A DNA stretch of 64,000 bases. It comes from Epithemia pelagica (taxonomy: Eukaryota > Protista > Bacillariophyta). The notes beneath the pieces are model-generated. The model was given only the letters and a program-made list of their open reading frames with translations, was not told where the DNA came from and did not search any database. This document shows, piece by piece, positions 53,974 to 64,000 of the stretch (position 1 is the first letter of the stretch; every line of letters begins with the position of its first letter). Both the position numbers and the translations under genes were made by a program. The DNA is taken from the NCBI GenBank assembly GCA_946965045.2, contig OX337237.1, positions 3,224,001-3,288,000 on the forward strand. The letters are read 5' to 3'.

Positions 53974-55477
53974 ATGTTATCGTCCTTGGCCGTCCGACGA
54001 TTGGGCTTGTTGCAGCTCAAGGATCATGTCACGACGCTGCAGAAAAATAACAATAACAACCACAAGACCTTTCACACCAAGGAAGAGGAACTCTTCATGG
54101 ATGACGATTCGACGGCATCCTTGTCCGTCTCCTCCATGTCCTCTGTATCCACTGCCACGTGGACGACGACCCCACCGCCAAGTCCAGCTTCGTCGTCCTT
54201 ATTGTTGTTGCAGAAACTGGTGGGACCCACCACCACACCCATAGAACCAGCCGCACCAACCTTGCGATCGGCCCTCAAGAAGAACAAGGGCAGTCGCAAC
54301 GAGGACGACAAGACTTTTACCAAGCCCAAGTCTGTTCGCTTTGACCTTCAAGCCATTCAAGTGTATCCATCCACCATGTCCTTTTACGGTCCCTCCTTGT
54401 CCTTTTCTCGACGACGACGGAGTCGTTCGGGCACCATTGCCAGTGCCACGGAAGCCAACAGCAACCAAGAGAACACGACGGACAAGGATCCAGCCGTCAG
54501 TGACTTTTATGACTTGTGGTATACCTGTCAAGAATTGGATGCCATGCAAGAAGCCGTCTTGCCCGATGCGTGTGCGTGGATGACCACCACACGGCAGAGC
54601 CGCAAAATTCTCCAACGCTTGTATCACCAAGCCGCACGGACCGTCCAGACCACCACCACCACCAACACAGTACTAGAGGAACACGACGAGTCGTCCAAAT
54701 CCACCCACGAGGAGGACAGTGCCCTAGTACCGGCACGGCAAACAGCTCTATACCATGGGAGCAGACGAGGATGCCGCACCGAGAATAGAGGGCAGGACCA
54801 TGCGAAGGACAAGAAGCAAACCGAATAATATCCATGTGGCCGCCTTGGCCCTGGCCACCCGAGCCTTGGAAGAGGAGCATGGGAACGACCCAGAGCCTGT
54901 GCAAGACGAACACCAGCCGCAAGAAAGTCCAGAGCAAGAACAAGTTGCCCAGTTGGTATGGGAACCACCGCACGGCGGCCACGACAGTGACCAAAGCACG
55001 ACTGTCTTGGGTCTGGAACATTTGATCATGGGAGGTATTCCCGGAGGATCGACATCCTTGAGTGACGAAGCACGACGATATCGACACCAAGTGCTACGGC
55101 GACAACGCCAACAGCGACAGACATTGCCAACACCCACTGCAAGTTTGTTTGGTAGTGGGGGTGGTGGTGCTGATTGTGCCATTCCCTGTTTTGTCTCTTC
55201 CGGGGAGGACGAGGCGACAATGTCGTATTCGGGATCGTTTTCACTATCCTCTTGGAATGACGCCTTGTGTCTCCCATCATCCGAGGACAAAAAGAGCGAG
55301 ACTCGAACCATTGTTTTGGCTTCCCAAGAAATGGCACATTTGATGGCCCAAGCCTTGGCAGATTCCTTGTACCAACATCCAACAACAACAACAAGTCCAA
55401 TAGAGGAACAACCAGAACCGAAAATGAACAAACAAGCATTTTTGGGTAGTAGTACATCAACGACCCGGACCACATAG
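53974..55477 (+). CDS. VxF-WY-GLE family protein with an apparent 1-nt frameshift near 54740
   Basis: KSVRFDLQAIQVY...LWYTCQEL is in ORF 53974..54828, and VLGLEHL...SQEMAHLMAQALADSL is in ORF 54755..55477. Removing one A from the A-run at 54740-54742 fuses them. Confidence 0.72.
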
Positions 55478-55975
55478 AGAGCAGACCATTGTGTCTGTGT
55501 GTGTGCGTGTGTCTGTGTAACCAAGACCACGACTCCATGACTTTAGACATACATTTATTCCTTCTTATACTCTCTGTAGAAAGTAACTAACCAGCAGCAG
55601 ATGGTCTTGTTGCAAATTTCATCGTGGTTGCGAATCCAGACGAGGGAAAATGTGTTGCGCTTTCGAATCAAGGGTGATCGCGTCGCGCTCACGACGTCGT
55701 CTGTCTCCTGGGCAGTTTTATTTTGGGGTCGCGGTAGTTTCGCCATCCCGCTTGGGGCTATTATTTCCAGGCCAGACTTCTGTACCAGAAAATTAAAAAT
55801 AGATGCGCGAGTCGGCTGAACCATCTCGCCATTTTTATCGCCCTTCATAATATTATTTGTTTTTGTTGACAACTCCCAAAACATCACAACACAAAGCAAA
55901 ACTACCAAGACCGACAACCGTCCGTGTGCTATGACTTCGAATCTGTCGTTACCTGGATTAAGAAAGTGGTAAATC

Positions 55976-57454
55976 ATGATCCGCGCTTCCAAGAACGAGC
56001 AGCAACCGGAAAGAAAGCTGGTTTCGGTTCCACCCACAGAGGAAAGCCATCCCAATACTCAGAGTACAATGGCGCCACATAAAGACACTATTTTGGACGC
56101 TTTGAATAAGCCACAACGAAAAGAAGCACGAAATACTACTAGTCACAACAGGACAATACCGGTTGTTGTTTCTATTCTGGTACTTGGTTTCGTAATTCTG
56201 TGGATAGGAAATCTTGTCTTGTTCGTATCTTTATTCTCGATTTTAAAGCGTCGGTTGCTTGTGGTATGCCATGGTCTCGTGATTGCATTTCAAATCTTGG
56301 TGGCTCTGAAATTGGATGGACAACTGGTCATGAGTTCCTGGTGCCAAGTGTTTGCGCCCTTGGTCATGGCCGAAATGGTTTGGATGGTGGAAGTTCTGTG
56401 TACGGTTGTCGAGTTGGTGAAGATAGTTGCGGACGACACACGTACTGGCCCAAAAGACGCAACGGCGGAGGACCGTGAGAACCCGCACCCAGGCGAACAA
56501 AAGAACGTTGAACAAGCCGTAGCCCGACGACTCATACTCATAGGGTGCGTCGTGCTTCTGGCGCAAAGTCTCATGCGCATAGTTTGCTGTTATGGCATGC
56601 TTGTGGGTCGACTGGATGGCTGGTTCGAGTGGAATTGGTGGATTGTCTTTTGGCCATTATGGACATCGCTCCTCGCGGGATCCACTAGCAATTGTTGGCG
56701 CTTGTACCAGGGCTATCAAGGCTATCAATCCTATCAACAAACGAAACAAACGAGGAAGAACCGAAAGACGCAATCAAAGGAATGCATTGATAACGAGGAC
56801 AACAGTACTGCGGTCACCTACCACGCCATTGATAGTGATGACTCATCCCCGGAAACAAGACCAGGACAAGCGTCCTACGAAACGGAATTCTTACAGACAT
56901 GTTTCGAATTTGTGATCGACGTGGTCTATCAAGTTGTTTTATTTTTGTCATTGTGCTTGTTGGTGGCGAAATTGGAAGGTGCTTCACTATCCTCATTGTG
57001 GATTTTGTTGCCTTTCTTCATCACGACGGGAGTCGCTGTGGCCTCGTGTGCCTGCTGTTTTTGTTGTTGTTCCCGCCATGATGCGGTCAGTAACGAGGAG
57101 GATGCAATAGTTTCCAATGCCATTGTCGATCCAGTAAAAACAGAGATGACCACGAAGAATGAGAAACCCCCCAAAGACTACACTCCTCCCGCGATTCATC
57201 CATCAGAGAAACTGTCTCCTTCTTCTTCCCACATACTACCACAGCAAACACCAGCGGGGAAACAGCATCAAGTCGATTCGGTACTGGTTGGTGTCCATAT
57301 TGATCAGGTTCACCACCACCGCACTGGCTGGCTGTCACGTTTGAAGCGGTACCTGGGGCGTGTGAACGCCCGAGAAATTCACCAAGTAGACGACAAAGGC
57401 GACGGTTCGAGGGTGTCTCCCACGTCCAAGGACATGTTATCTCCCATGGTCTAG
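55976..57454 (+). CDS. TMEM185-like multi-pass membrane protein (492 aa), paralog of the split gene
   Basis: Repeated KLDG/KLEG...W..VF.PL motifs and many TM segments. The C-terminal HHRTGWLSR tail is shared with 38088-38465. Confidence 0.75.
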   Translation: MIRASKNEQQPERKLVSVPPTEESHPNTQSTMAPHKDTILDALNKPQRKEARNTTSHNRTIPVVVSILVLGFVILWIGNLVLFVSLFSILKRRLLVVCHGLVIAFQILVALKLDGQLVMSSWCQVFAPLVMAEMVWMVEVLCTVVELVKIVADDTRTGPKDATAEDRENPHPGEQKNVEQAVARRLILIGCVVLLAQSLMRIVCCYGMLVGRLDGWFEWNWWIVFWPLWTSLLAGSTSNCWRLYQGYQGYQSYQQTKQTRKNRKTQSKECIDNEDNSTAVTYHAIDSDDSSPETRPGQASYETEFLQTCFEFVIDVVYQVVLFLSLCLLVAKLEGASLSSLWILLPFFITTGVAVASCACCFCCCSRHDAVSNEEDAIVSNAIVDPVKTEMTTKNEKPPKDYTPPAIHPSEKLSPSSSHILPQQTPAGKQHQVDSVLVGVHIDQVHHHRTGWLSRLKRYLGRVNAREIHQVDDKGDGSRVSPTSKDMLSPMV

Positions 57455-58363
57455 GTTTAGCTGACTTTCGGATTCTCCAATCCATGTCGTTACGTTACGA
57501 GCCCATATATTGCGCATCGGTTTTGTTGGAACAAAACCCATACACTCCCCTAGTAGGTAGGTGGGATTAGTACCACTATGGTAGCTAGAGCTAGCGAAGT
57601 CGGATCCTCTCTCTTCGCCAGGTAGAGCTCATAGTTCATAACGAACGCGTCGGCATGCGCTTTCGCGAGGCTTCCTCCGAAAGAGCACGTCGAGCCATTG
57701 GCCATTCGTTGCTGTGCGACTGGTTCTCAACACAGAACACCGATGGAGACTGTGCAAGCGAGATCAACGAGCCAAAGAGAGAAATCAGAGCGCATCATAT
57801 TCAAGAAGCTGCACGACTACACCTGCACCAAAGACAGCGAGATGGATGACAAAGATCCGAGACACAAAAGAGGATGGGCGAAGGGGGAGCAGTGGTCGTC
57901 ACGGTCTCAACCACCGATTCCACAAGTCCATGAGAGGGACAGTGCCAAATGTTGCTCCGTAACCCAGAACTTCAAAAAAAAACAAGCGTCATTTCACCAG
58001 CAATTTCTAAAGTCGCTCGCCCCCTTCGCATCACCACACTTTAACGATTCAAACACTGTTGGAAAAGCCGGTATGTTGCTTCTAATAAAACCGTGAGTAT
58101 GTCTGGGATCAACCCTTTTGGTTGGGAACGCCTCTCTGAAATTGGATGTAGGGTGGCTCGATCTCACACATGGTGGCATGTGTTTGGTCCACCGGGTTTT
58201 GCGGATAGTCTGATGCTTGTCAAACTGTGCCTTTGCAGTGCCATGAAAATCCTACTGTATGGTCGAAGGAAAGGAACTTGTTAACAAGGATATACATGAA
58301 TTTATTTGATATAGGACTGCAACTTCAGGAGTCTGTTCCCTTGTTCTCAAAGTCCCCTTGCTT

Positions 58364-61300
58364 TTAAACAGGTGCTTGCTCAGGAGCTTGCTCAGGAGCT
58401 TGCTCAGGAGCTTGTTCTGCACAGGAAGCCTCTTCGACGGGACCCTGGTCCCGGAAATTCTGAAGCATTTCCGCAACAAGTTCTTGCCCCTTTAGTTCCC
58501 ACTCCTTGCGATTCTGTACGGCATACTGCAAATACTCATCCGATGACACACCAAAGACACCACAATCTTTCAACTTCTTCGCCAAAGGAATGATGTAGAA
58601 ATCGAAAAAGCCCTTTTCGCCTTCGTACCAAAATTCCGATGGGTTCTTCTCCGCCCGGCCTTGCAAGTAAGCCACATAAAGTTCCTTGAACAGGCGTTGG
58701 TTCCATTTTCGGTAGATATGCCAATGCTGCATAGTGTGTGCCACATCCGAAGCCTGAATTAAATGCTCCATGACAATAGTTGCTTTGCGATTCACATCAT
58801 CCTCCGAGGAATCTGACACCTCGGCAGAGAAGGCTTTGTTCCACCGGCCTTTACGAAGAGCAGCGAGATCCTTGTCCATAATGTCAGTCGCAAGTACAAT
58901 GTTCACAACAAGCTGCCTGAAGCGCGTGAATTCGGAAGTCGTTACATAGATGGTATGGCGAAGGTCACTGTAAGCGTCATCCATAAGAAGATCCCATGCC
59001 AAATCCACAGAGTTCTGTTCCGCAATGGATTTGTTTCGATATACCGCAGCCAAACTGCTTTTTTCCTTGACAAGTTGCGTATTCGGGACGCCTGGGTGGT
59101 CAGCGTCGTGAATGAGGGCCGACAACGCAACTGCAAACTGAGTCATTGGATCGGAAGTAATCCCGTAAGTGTGATCATGAAGGGCTTCTTCCGTGTCTTT
59201 GGGCGCGGACGTGAGATCAGGAGCCACGATTCGAGACAGAAGCTTCATCACGGACATCGTAACATGTGACGCATGCTCAAAGTTATGGAAGGGGTTGTCT
59301 CGGTACATAGAAGCGAGAGTCTGGACATAGTCTTTGAGTTGTCCCAAGACATCTTCACTGAGATGAATCGACAACGGATCAACTCTTTGTGCATATGCTT
59401 CGTATTTCGGAAGACGTACAATCTCTTGGACTTCGCTCAACACATAACGGTTGGATGTGTACTTTTCCTCCAGCGCTCTAATTTCACCAATTGAATCAGG
59501 ATCCTTGCGACGGGACTCCCTGCGTGCAACAATCTGAGTTAGAAGTTTGGCCAAAATATCACAGTTCCATGCGACAAGTCGATTGTACTTGTCGGCAGAA
59601 GGGACAGCAGGCGCTGCCGTCGTAACTTGGACTGCGGATGCCTCCTTGTCCTCGCTTTCAGTTTCCATTTCCTCAGTGCTTCCAGAACCAGTTGATCTCG
59701 CAGTTTCTCCTATGGCGTCCAACCAGTACGTCTGAAGCTCACCCTTTCCCTTAGCGACTACCGTCTCCTTTCGAGTCCGCAACCACTGCGATTTGCCAGC
59801 AGCTACAAGCAAATCGGCAGTTTCTTGGGAAACGTGAATCTTGTTTGGTTGCCCTGTACTCTCCATACGTGCGGTGGTGTTGACAGTGTCACCAAACAAT
59901 TGGAATCGAGCACGCTCACCACGCAACACACCAGCTGTGACGGGACCGGAATGAAGACCAATTCTAACGCCGAGCTTTCTCAGGTAAAAGTTGTGAAAGG
60001 TACAAAGCATGTTAAAGCGAGATGTAGATTCAGGGACGGATTCGTAACCGGTGGACTTACCTCTTCCGTGTCGGGACCTAGCTCCAAAACCATTGCTTTC
60101 ATGGTGGCAGAAAACTGAATCAAACAGTCTCGCGCGAAGCGAGCCATTACGATCGCGTGATCCTTGCGAGGCTCTGGTAAGCCAGCAACTGCTACATAGC
60201 AATCGCCAACTGTCTCGACCTTGAAAACACGACGACGACCAGCAATTTCATCAAAGACATGGTAAATCGTTTCGAGAAGCTGGAAGACTTGAGTCGGTTC
60301 ACGGGTCGAACTCCACGCAGTGAAACCGACGATATCAGCAAAAATAATTGTTGCTTCCGGGAAAAGGTCGGCAATCGGTTTCGATCTCTTGATCCCTGCG
60401 CTCACGTTCTCAGCATATTCCTCATTGGCGTCTTTACCCTTGAGGAAATTTTGGAGCTGGTCTTTAGTTCGGTTTCCTCTCATGGTGAGTGGCTTGTTTG
60501 CATCTCGATTTACCTCTTCCTCAACGTCCTTCATGATTCGATCTTGCACGTTCTTCGGAAACAGTGAAGACACGATCGCCTGGGTCTTGCGAGCTGCCCG
60601 AATGATCATCCACTGGCGCCTCTGAACGACCCAATCGTAAACAAGGAAAACCGTGGTTGTAAAGACGAAGATCATCGCAACAACAATTGCATAGATGATG
60701 GGATCTCTCGATTCATACTCGTTTTCCAAGTTCTCGGTGGGATAAATATCGAGCACATAGTTACAGCCTGAGAATGGCTGGCCACGCTCAGTATTGCTTC
60801 CGATATTGCTCGAGAGAACCATATCGTCGTATTCCGTGTCGTGCAAATCCCCCTCACCCTTCAAATGGAAGTGAGAACCATGTACCAAGTATGTGAACAC
60901 ACTGCCGCAAGAATCTGATAATACAACCTCGATGTGAGCGGTTCCTTCAGGAAGGAGATCTTGGAAGAATTCATCCCATTCAAAGTCCAGGTAATGGAAG
61001 CCGACAACTGCACCGTGATCGCCGGAATCACGGAAGATTGGATCCAGAAGAAAGCTGCGAGGGCTTGCTGTAGAAAGACTGTGACTGTTTATTCCGTGAT
61101 GTTCGTGATCGCTTCCAGCAGCATGACTGTGACTGTGTCCCTGATGTGCGTGATCGTTTGTTATATACTCGAGCTCCGAGGACTCGGGGAAGTACTGCAT
61201 GATAGGAAGAGAATAAATCTTGGAGATATAACTGAAACGCTTCTTGACTACGTCTGTTGCAAGGCCAAAAAAGGTTTTGTCTGAAAGAAGGTCTGTATTG

Positions 61301-62179
61301 ACCACGGAGGCATCAATCGGGGCGGGTCCTGTTTGCCTGGAATTACGAGATTGAATCGCAAGGGTAAGTTCACAGAGAGAGGACAAACAAAAAGTTCATA
61401 CACCGGTATATCGTACCATAGAGCAGCAATATAGTTGTCAAGCATAGAAATCGGTTCCCTCATGTCATCTGACATTTCAGAGATGTCGTGAATATATTGG
61501 GGGACCGGGCCAGGGTTTGTATCCTTATGCCCGTTCAAGGCCAGACCTTCTTGGATCCACGAAGTATGGTTTTGAGCGTAGGCCTCCCAATCCGTTTGCC
61601 GGTCCTTGAGGAAAAGGGGAATGAACATGATCAAATCGGCTTCAGACATTTCTCGTGCTTTCCTGGTCAGTTGTTCAAAATCAGGCGTCGTCACAAAAGG
61701 CCAGTCATGGCCTCTTTCATTGGCATAGGAAGTGGCACTCATGCTCAAACTTTGCGCGACATCAAACTTGAGCAATAACTCTGCCTTTGCAGACCGCATA
61801 ATCTCGCCAGCATGTGCGTGAAACTAAAAACAATAGAACGTAAGAAAGGAAGGAAGGAATGCATTATCAGTCTCTGATGTGATGGAAAAAAGAGGACGAA
61901 TGAATAACGACAAACACTTACATCGTTCTCAAAGTGATTGCTGTCCTGGTTTGCAATGAATATAAACGTTACAGTGCTCGCAGCGACACACGAGAGGATC
62001 AAAACCAAGTACACCATCATCTTGGCTCGAAATACTCCTCGTGTCTCCTTTTGGCCAATGTAGTCAGATTTCTCCTGCTGCCCCAGGTCAATGTTGCTGC
62101 CGTCATTGTTGGTGTTGTGGTCATCTTCTTGGCTAAAGTCGTCGGACACCGACACATTATCACTGTCGTCCTGATCCAT
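58364..62179 (-). CDS. Receptor-type class III guanylate/adenylate cyclase fused to a C-terminal cyclic-nucleotide phosphodiesterase; exons 62179-61922, 61823-61417, 61336-60061, 59974-58364
   Basis: Three GT-AG introns (98, 80 and 86 nt) join the ORFs in frame. Two TM helices flank a sensor region. Cyclase motifs are IFADIVGFT, KVETVGDCY, RIGLHSGPV and FQLFGDTVNTTARMES. PDE motifs are FHNFEHASHV, IHDADH, LATDI, QASDV and FFDFYIIP. Confidence 0.93.
58369..58416. repeat. 12-bp tandem repeat (CAGGAGCTTGCT-like x4) encoding a C-terminal (EQAP)4
   Basis: Visible in the DNA and in the translated tail AEQAPEQAPEQAPEQAPV. Confidence 0.9.
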
Positions 62180-64000
62180 TTTGGAAGCTCCAACACGGCC
62201 TGTTTTCCTCACAAACTGTACTTGTTGAGAAGGGGGCAAACCGGAAAATGAGAGCTTGTGGGTGGTGGTGTTTGTTGCGTTGACGTTAGAGTTTCTTGGG
62301 GACGGGGGAGGAATCAAACTTGAAACTACGAATAGCCATCTGGGTCCATGGAAGTTCTTAGTTCTCACTGGACATGTTATGGGCGAAGAAGGATATCTGA
62401 TACTATAGCTTCAACAAGTATAATGAAATAATGGTGTACAAAGATTTAAATTGTGAGAATTGAGCATGTTACTAGAGTATAAAGGCCCAAGAAGATTGAG
62501 TCGGTGGGAGTGCTAGAGGCTAGAGGGTAGAGGAGCTAGGGAGAAATAAGGACAATAAATTAATTATAATAATACTCGTAGGGCCCGTGTATTACAATCT
62601 ATAGTGAATATGACTGTGGTTTACTTACTTGATACTCGCATACATCAGGGATACCCATTATTTCTTGTCGATAGGTGACATTTTTACTGTAAGGTTGATA
62701 AATTCTGAAATTAATGTACAAAAGTCCATATTGCCCTTCTGGTACGACATTGGTTTTCTGTTCGTTTATTATAGCCTAGTTCAATGTCTACAGTTGTCCA
62801 CTCATGAAGAGTACAGTCAGTTCTTGATGAGATAATCTAATGGGCATTGAGCAAAGGTGCGGCTTTTTTCGTGTTTTTGGCAAAATGCGAACTCCCCAAC
62901 AGGGTATTCGCAACAAACGGCAGAAGACCGCCGAAAGACGACATCCAATGATACTCGGATATGGCATGGTATTAGGCCCTACTAATATCATGATTCGCCA
63001 CGACCCTTGATATCGTCTTAAGATGTCTTCTTATATTCTAAAGCTCCGTATCACGAATGACACGCGTCAACTGGATTGACGCCATCAGTCGGTGACGAAT
63101 GACGGGAAACAAAAATCTTCTTTTGCCTCTTGTTTCGTCGAACGGAAATGGCGACAAACGCGACACAATGGCATAAAAATTGATCTAAGAAATAAAAACA
63201 ATCATCCATTGATGATCGTGCATGATTGTAGTAATAGGTAGCCAAGAAGAATGAATATGATAGCTGTGGCGGGACCTTTCTCCGACGCAGGCTGTTCGTG
63301 CTGCACGGCAATATGCAGCTGTAACTACAGGAAGTAATGAAGGCCCACCGGAGGAACACCCTGATACTTTGGAGCCTTTACTCACTGAAAATAGAAGGAT
63401 CTTCTCTCTGGAGGACTAACGATACATCAGTCGGAAAGACTACATGTGTCGGGACACGCACAGTCTTACGGATTTTATACCCAGAAAAGGAGCCGAAATG
63501 GAGCTTCCATCCATTAGGAGAGCAGTTATGCTTATGCTCTACCAACACCAACAGACATACGAGACCATTATTCATTAGCTACATGCATGAAGTTAGTCAA
63601 TACACAATAGGAGTACGGTAGTTCTTTCATTCCATGTTATGTTTTCTATGGACCTGACCGGAACAAAATGTTCTCACTGGTTGGCGGCGTCACGTCAGGC
63701 GTATTGCCCGTGACGTGACGTTTGACGCTGTAGCTTCGGTAGCATCGCGACAAACCGTATGTACGTTTTCCGTGAAATGTCTCTCCGTCGGCCAATTTTC
63801 CCCGATTCATAATTTTTCCAGTCAAAATACACAAAAAATTCATCTACCGTTACCATGGGTCTAATGGCATAGCTCATCGTATGCACTCGACGTAGATGTA
63901 GACGCAGGAGGCCACACTAGTAGGACAGGTAGTACCTGCCACTTTGGGTTTCTCGTTAAGTCGTATGATCTAGTCTTCGTCCTCACTCCATTTTTGTCTG

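Noticed and set aside
62400-64000. Possible gene or element at the right end of the window
   Set aside because: AT-richer sequence with only short ORFs and no repeat or motif that I could confirm. Treated as the upstream region of the cyclase-PDE gene.

Overview
Eukaryotic genomic DNA, most likely from a pennate diatom. This is inferred from CoDi-type Ty1/copia elements, a cyclase-phosphodiesterase fusion, short 78-171 nt GT-AG introns and Q/T/N/H-rich low-complexity proteins. Recognisable host genes are a 3x peptidoglycan-binding + GH25 muramidase (bacterial/phage endolysin-like), a Yippee/YPEL protein, VTA1/LIP5, two TMEM185-like membrane proteins, a receptor-type guanylate/adenylate cyclase fused to a PDE, and a Crinkler/RHS-like NTPase+REase protein. 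Four or five members of an uncharacterised 'VxF...WY...GLE' family are also present. Three transposons could be delimited to the base. Copia element 1 (17641-24595) has 399-bp LTRs, a CACTG TSD, AG...CT termini and an iMet half-tRNA PBS. Copia element 2 (39781-45935) has 709-bp LTRs, a CCCTT TSD, TG...TA termini and an apparent tRNA-Asn half-tRNA PBS. A PIF/Harbinger-like DNA transposon (27086-29921) has a TAA TSD. Both copia elements are defective but young, and each sits inside a host coding sequence that reassembles in frame when the element and one TSD are removed. No rRNA, tRNA gene or CRISPR array was found. All alignments and identities were judged by eye and no database search was run.
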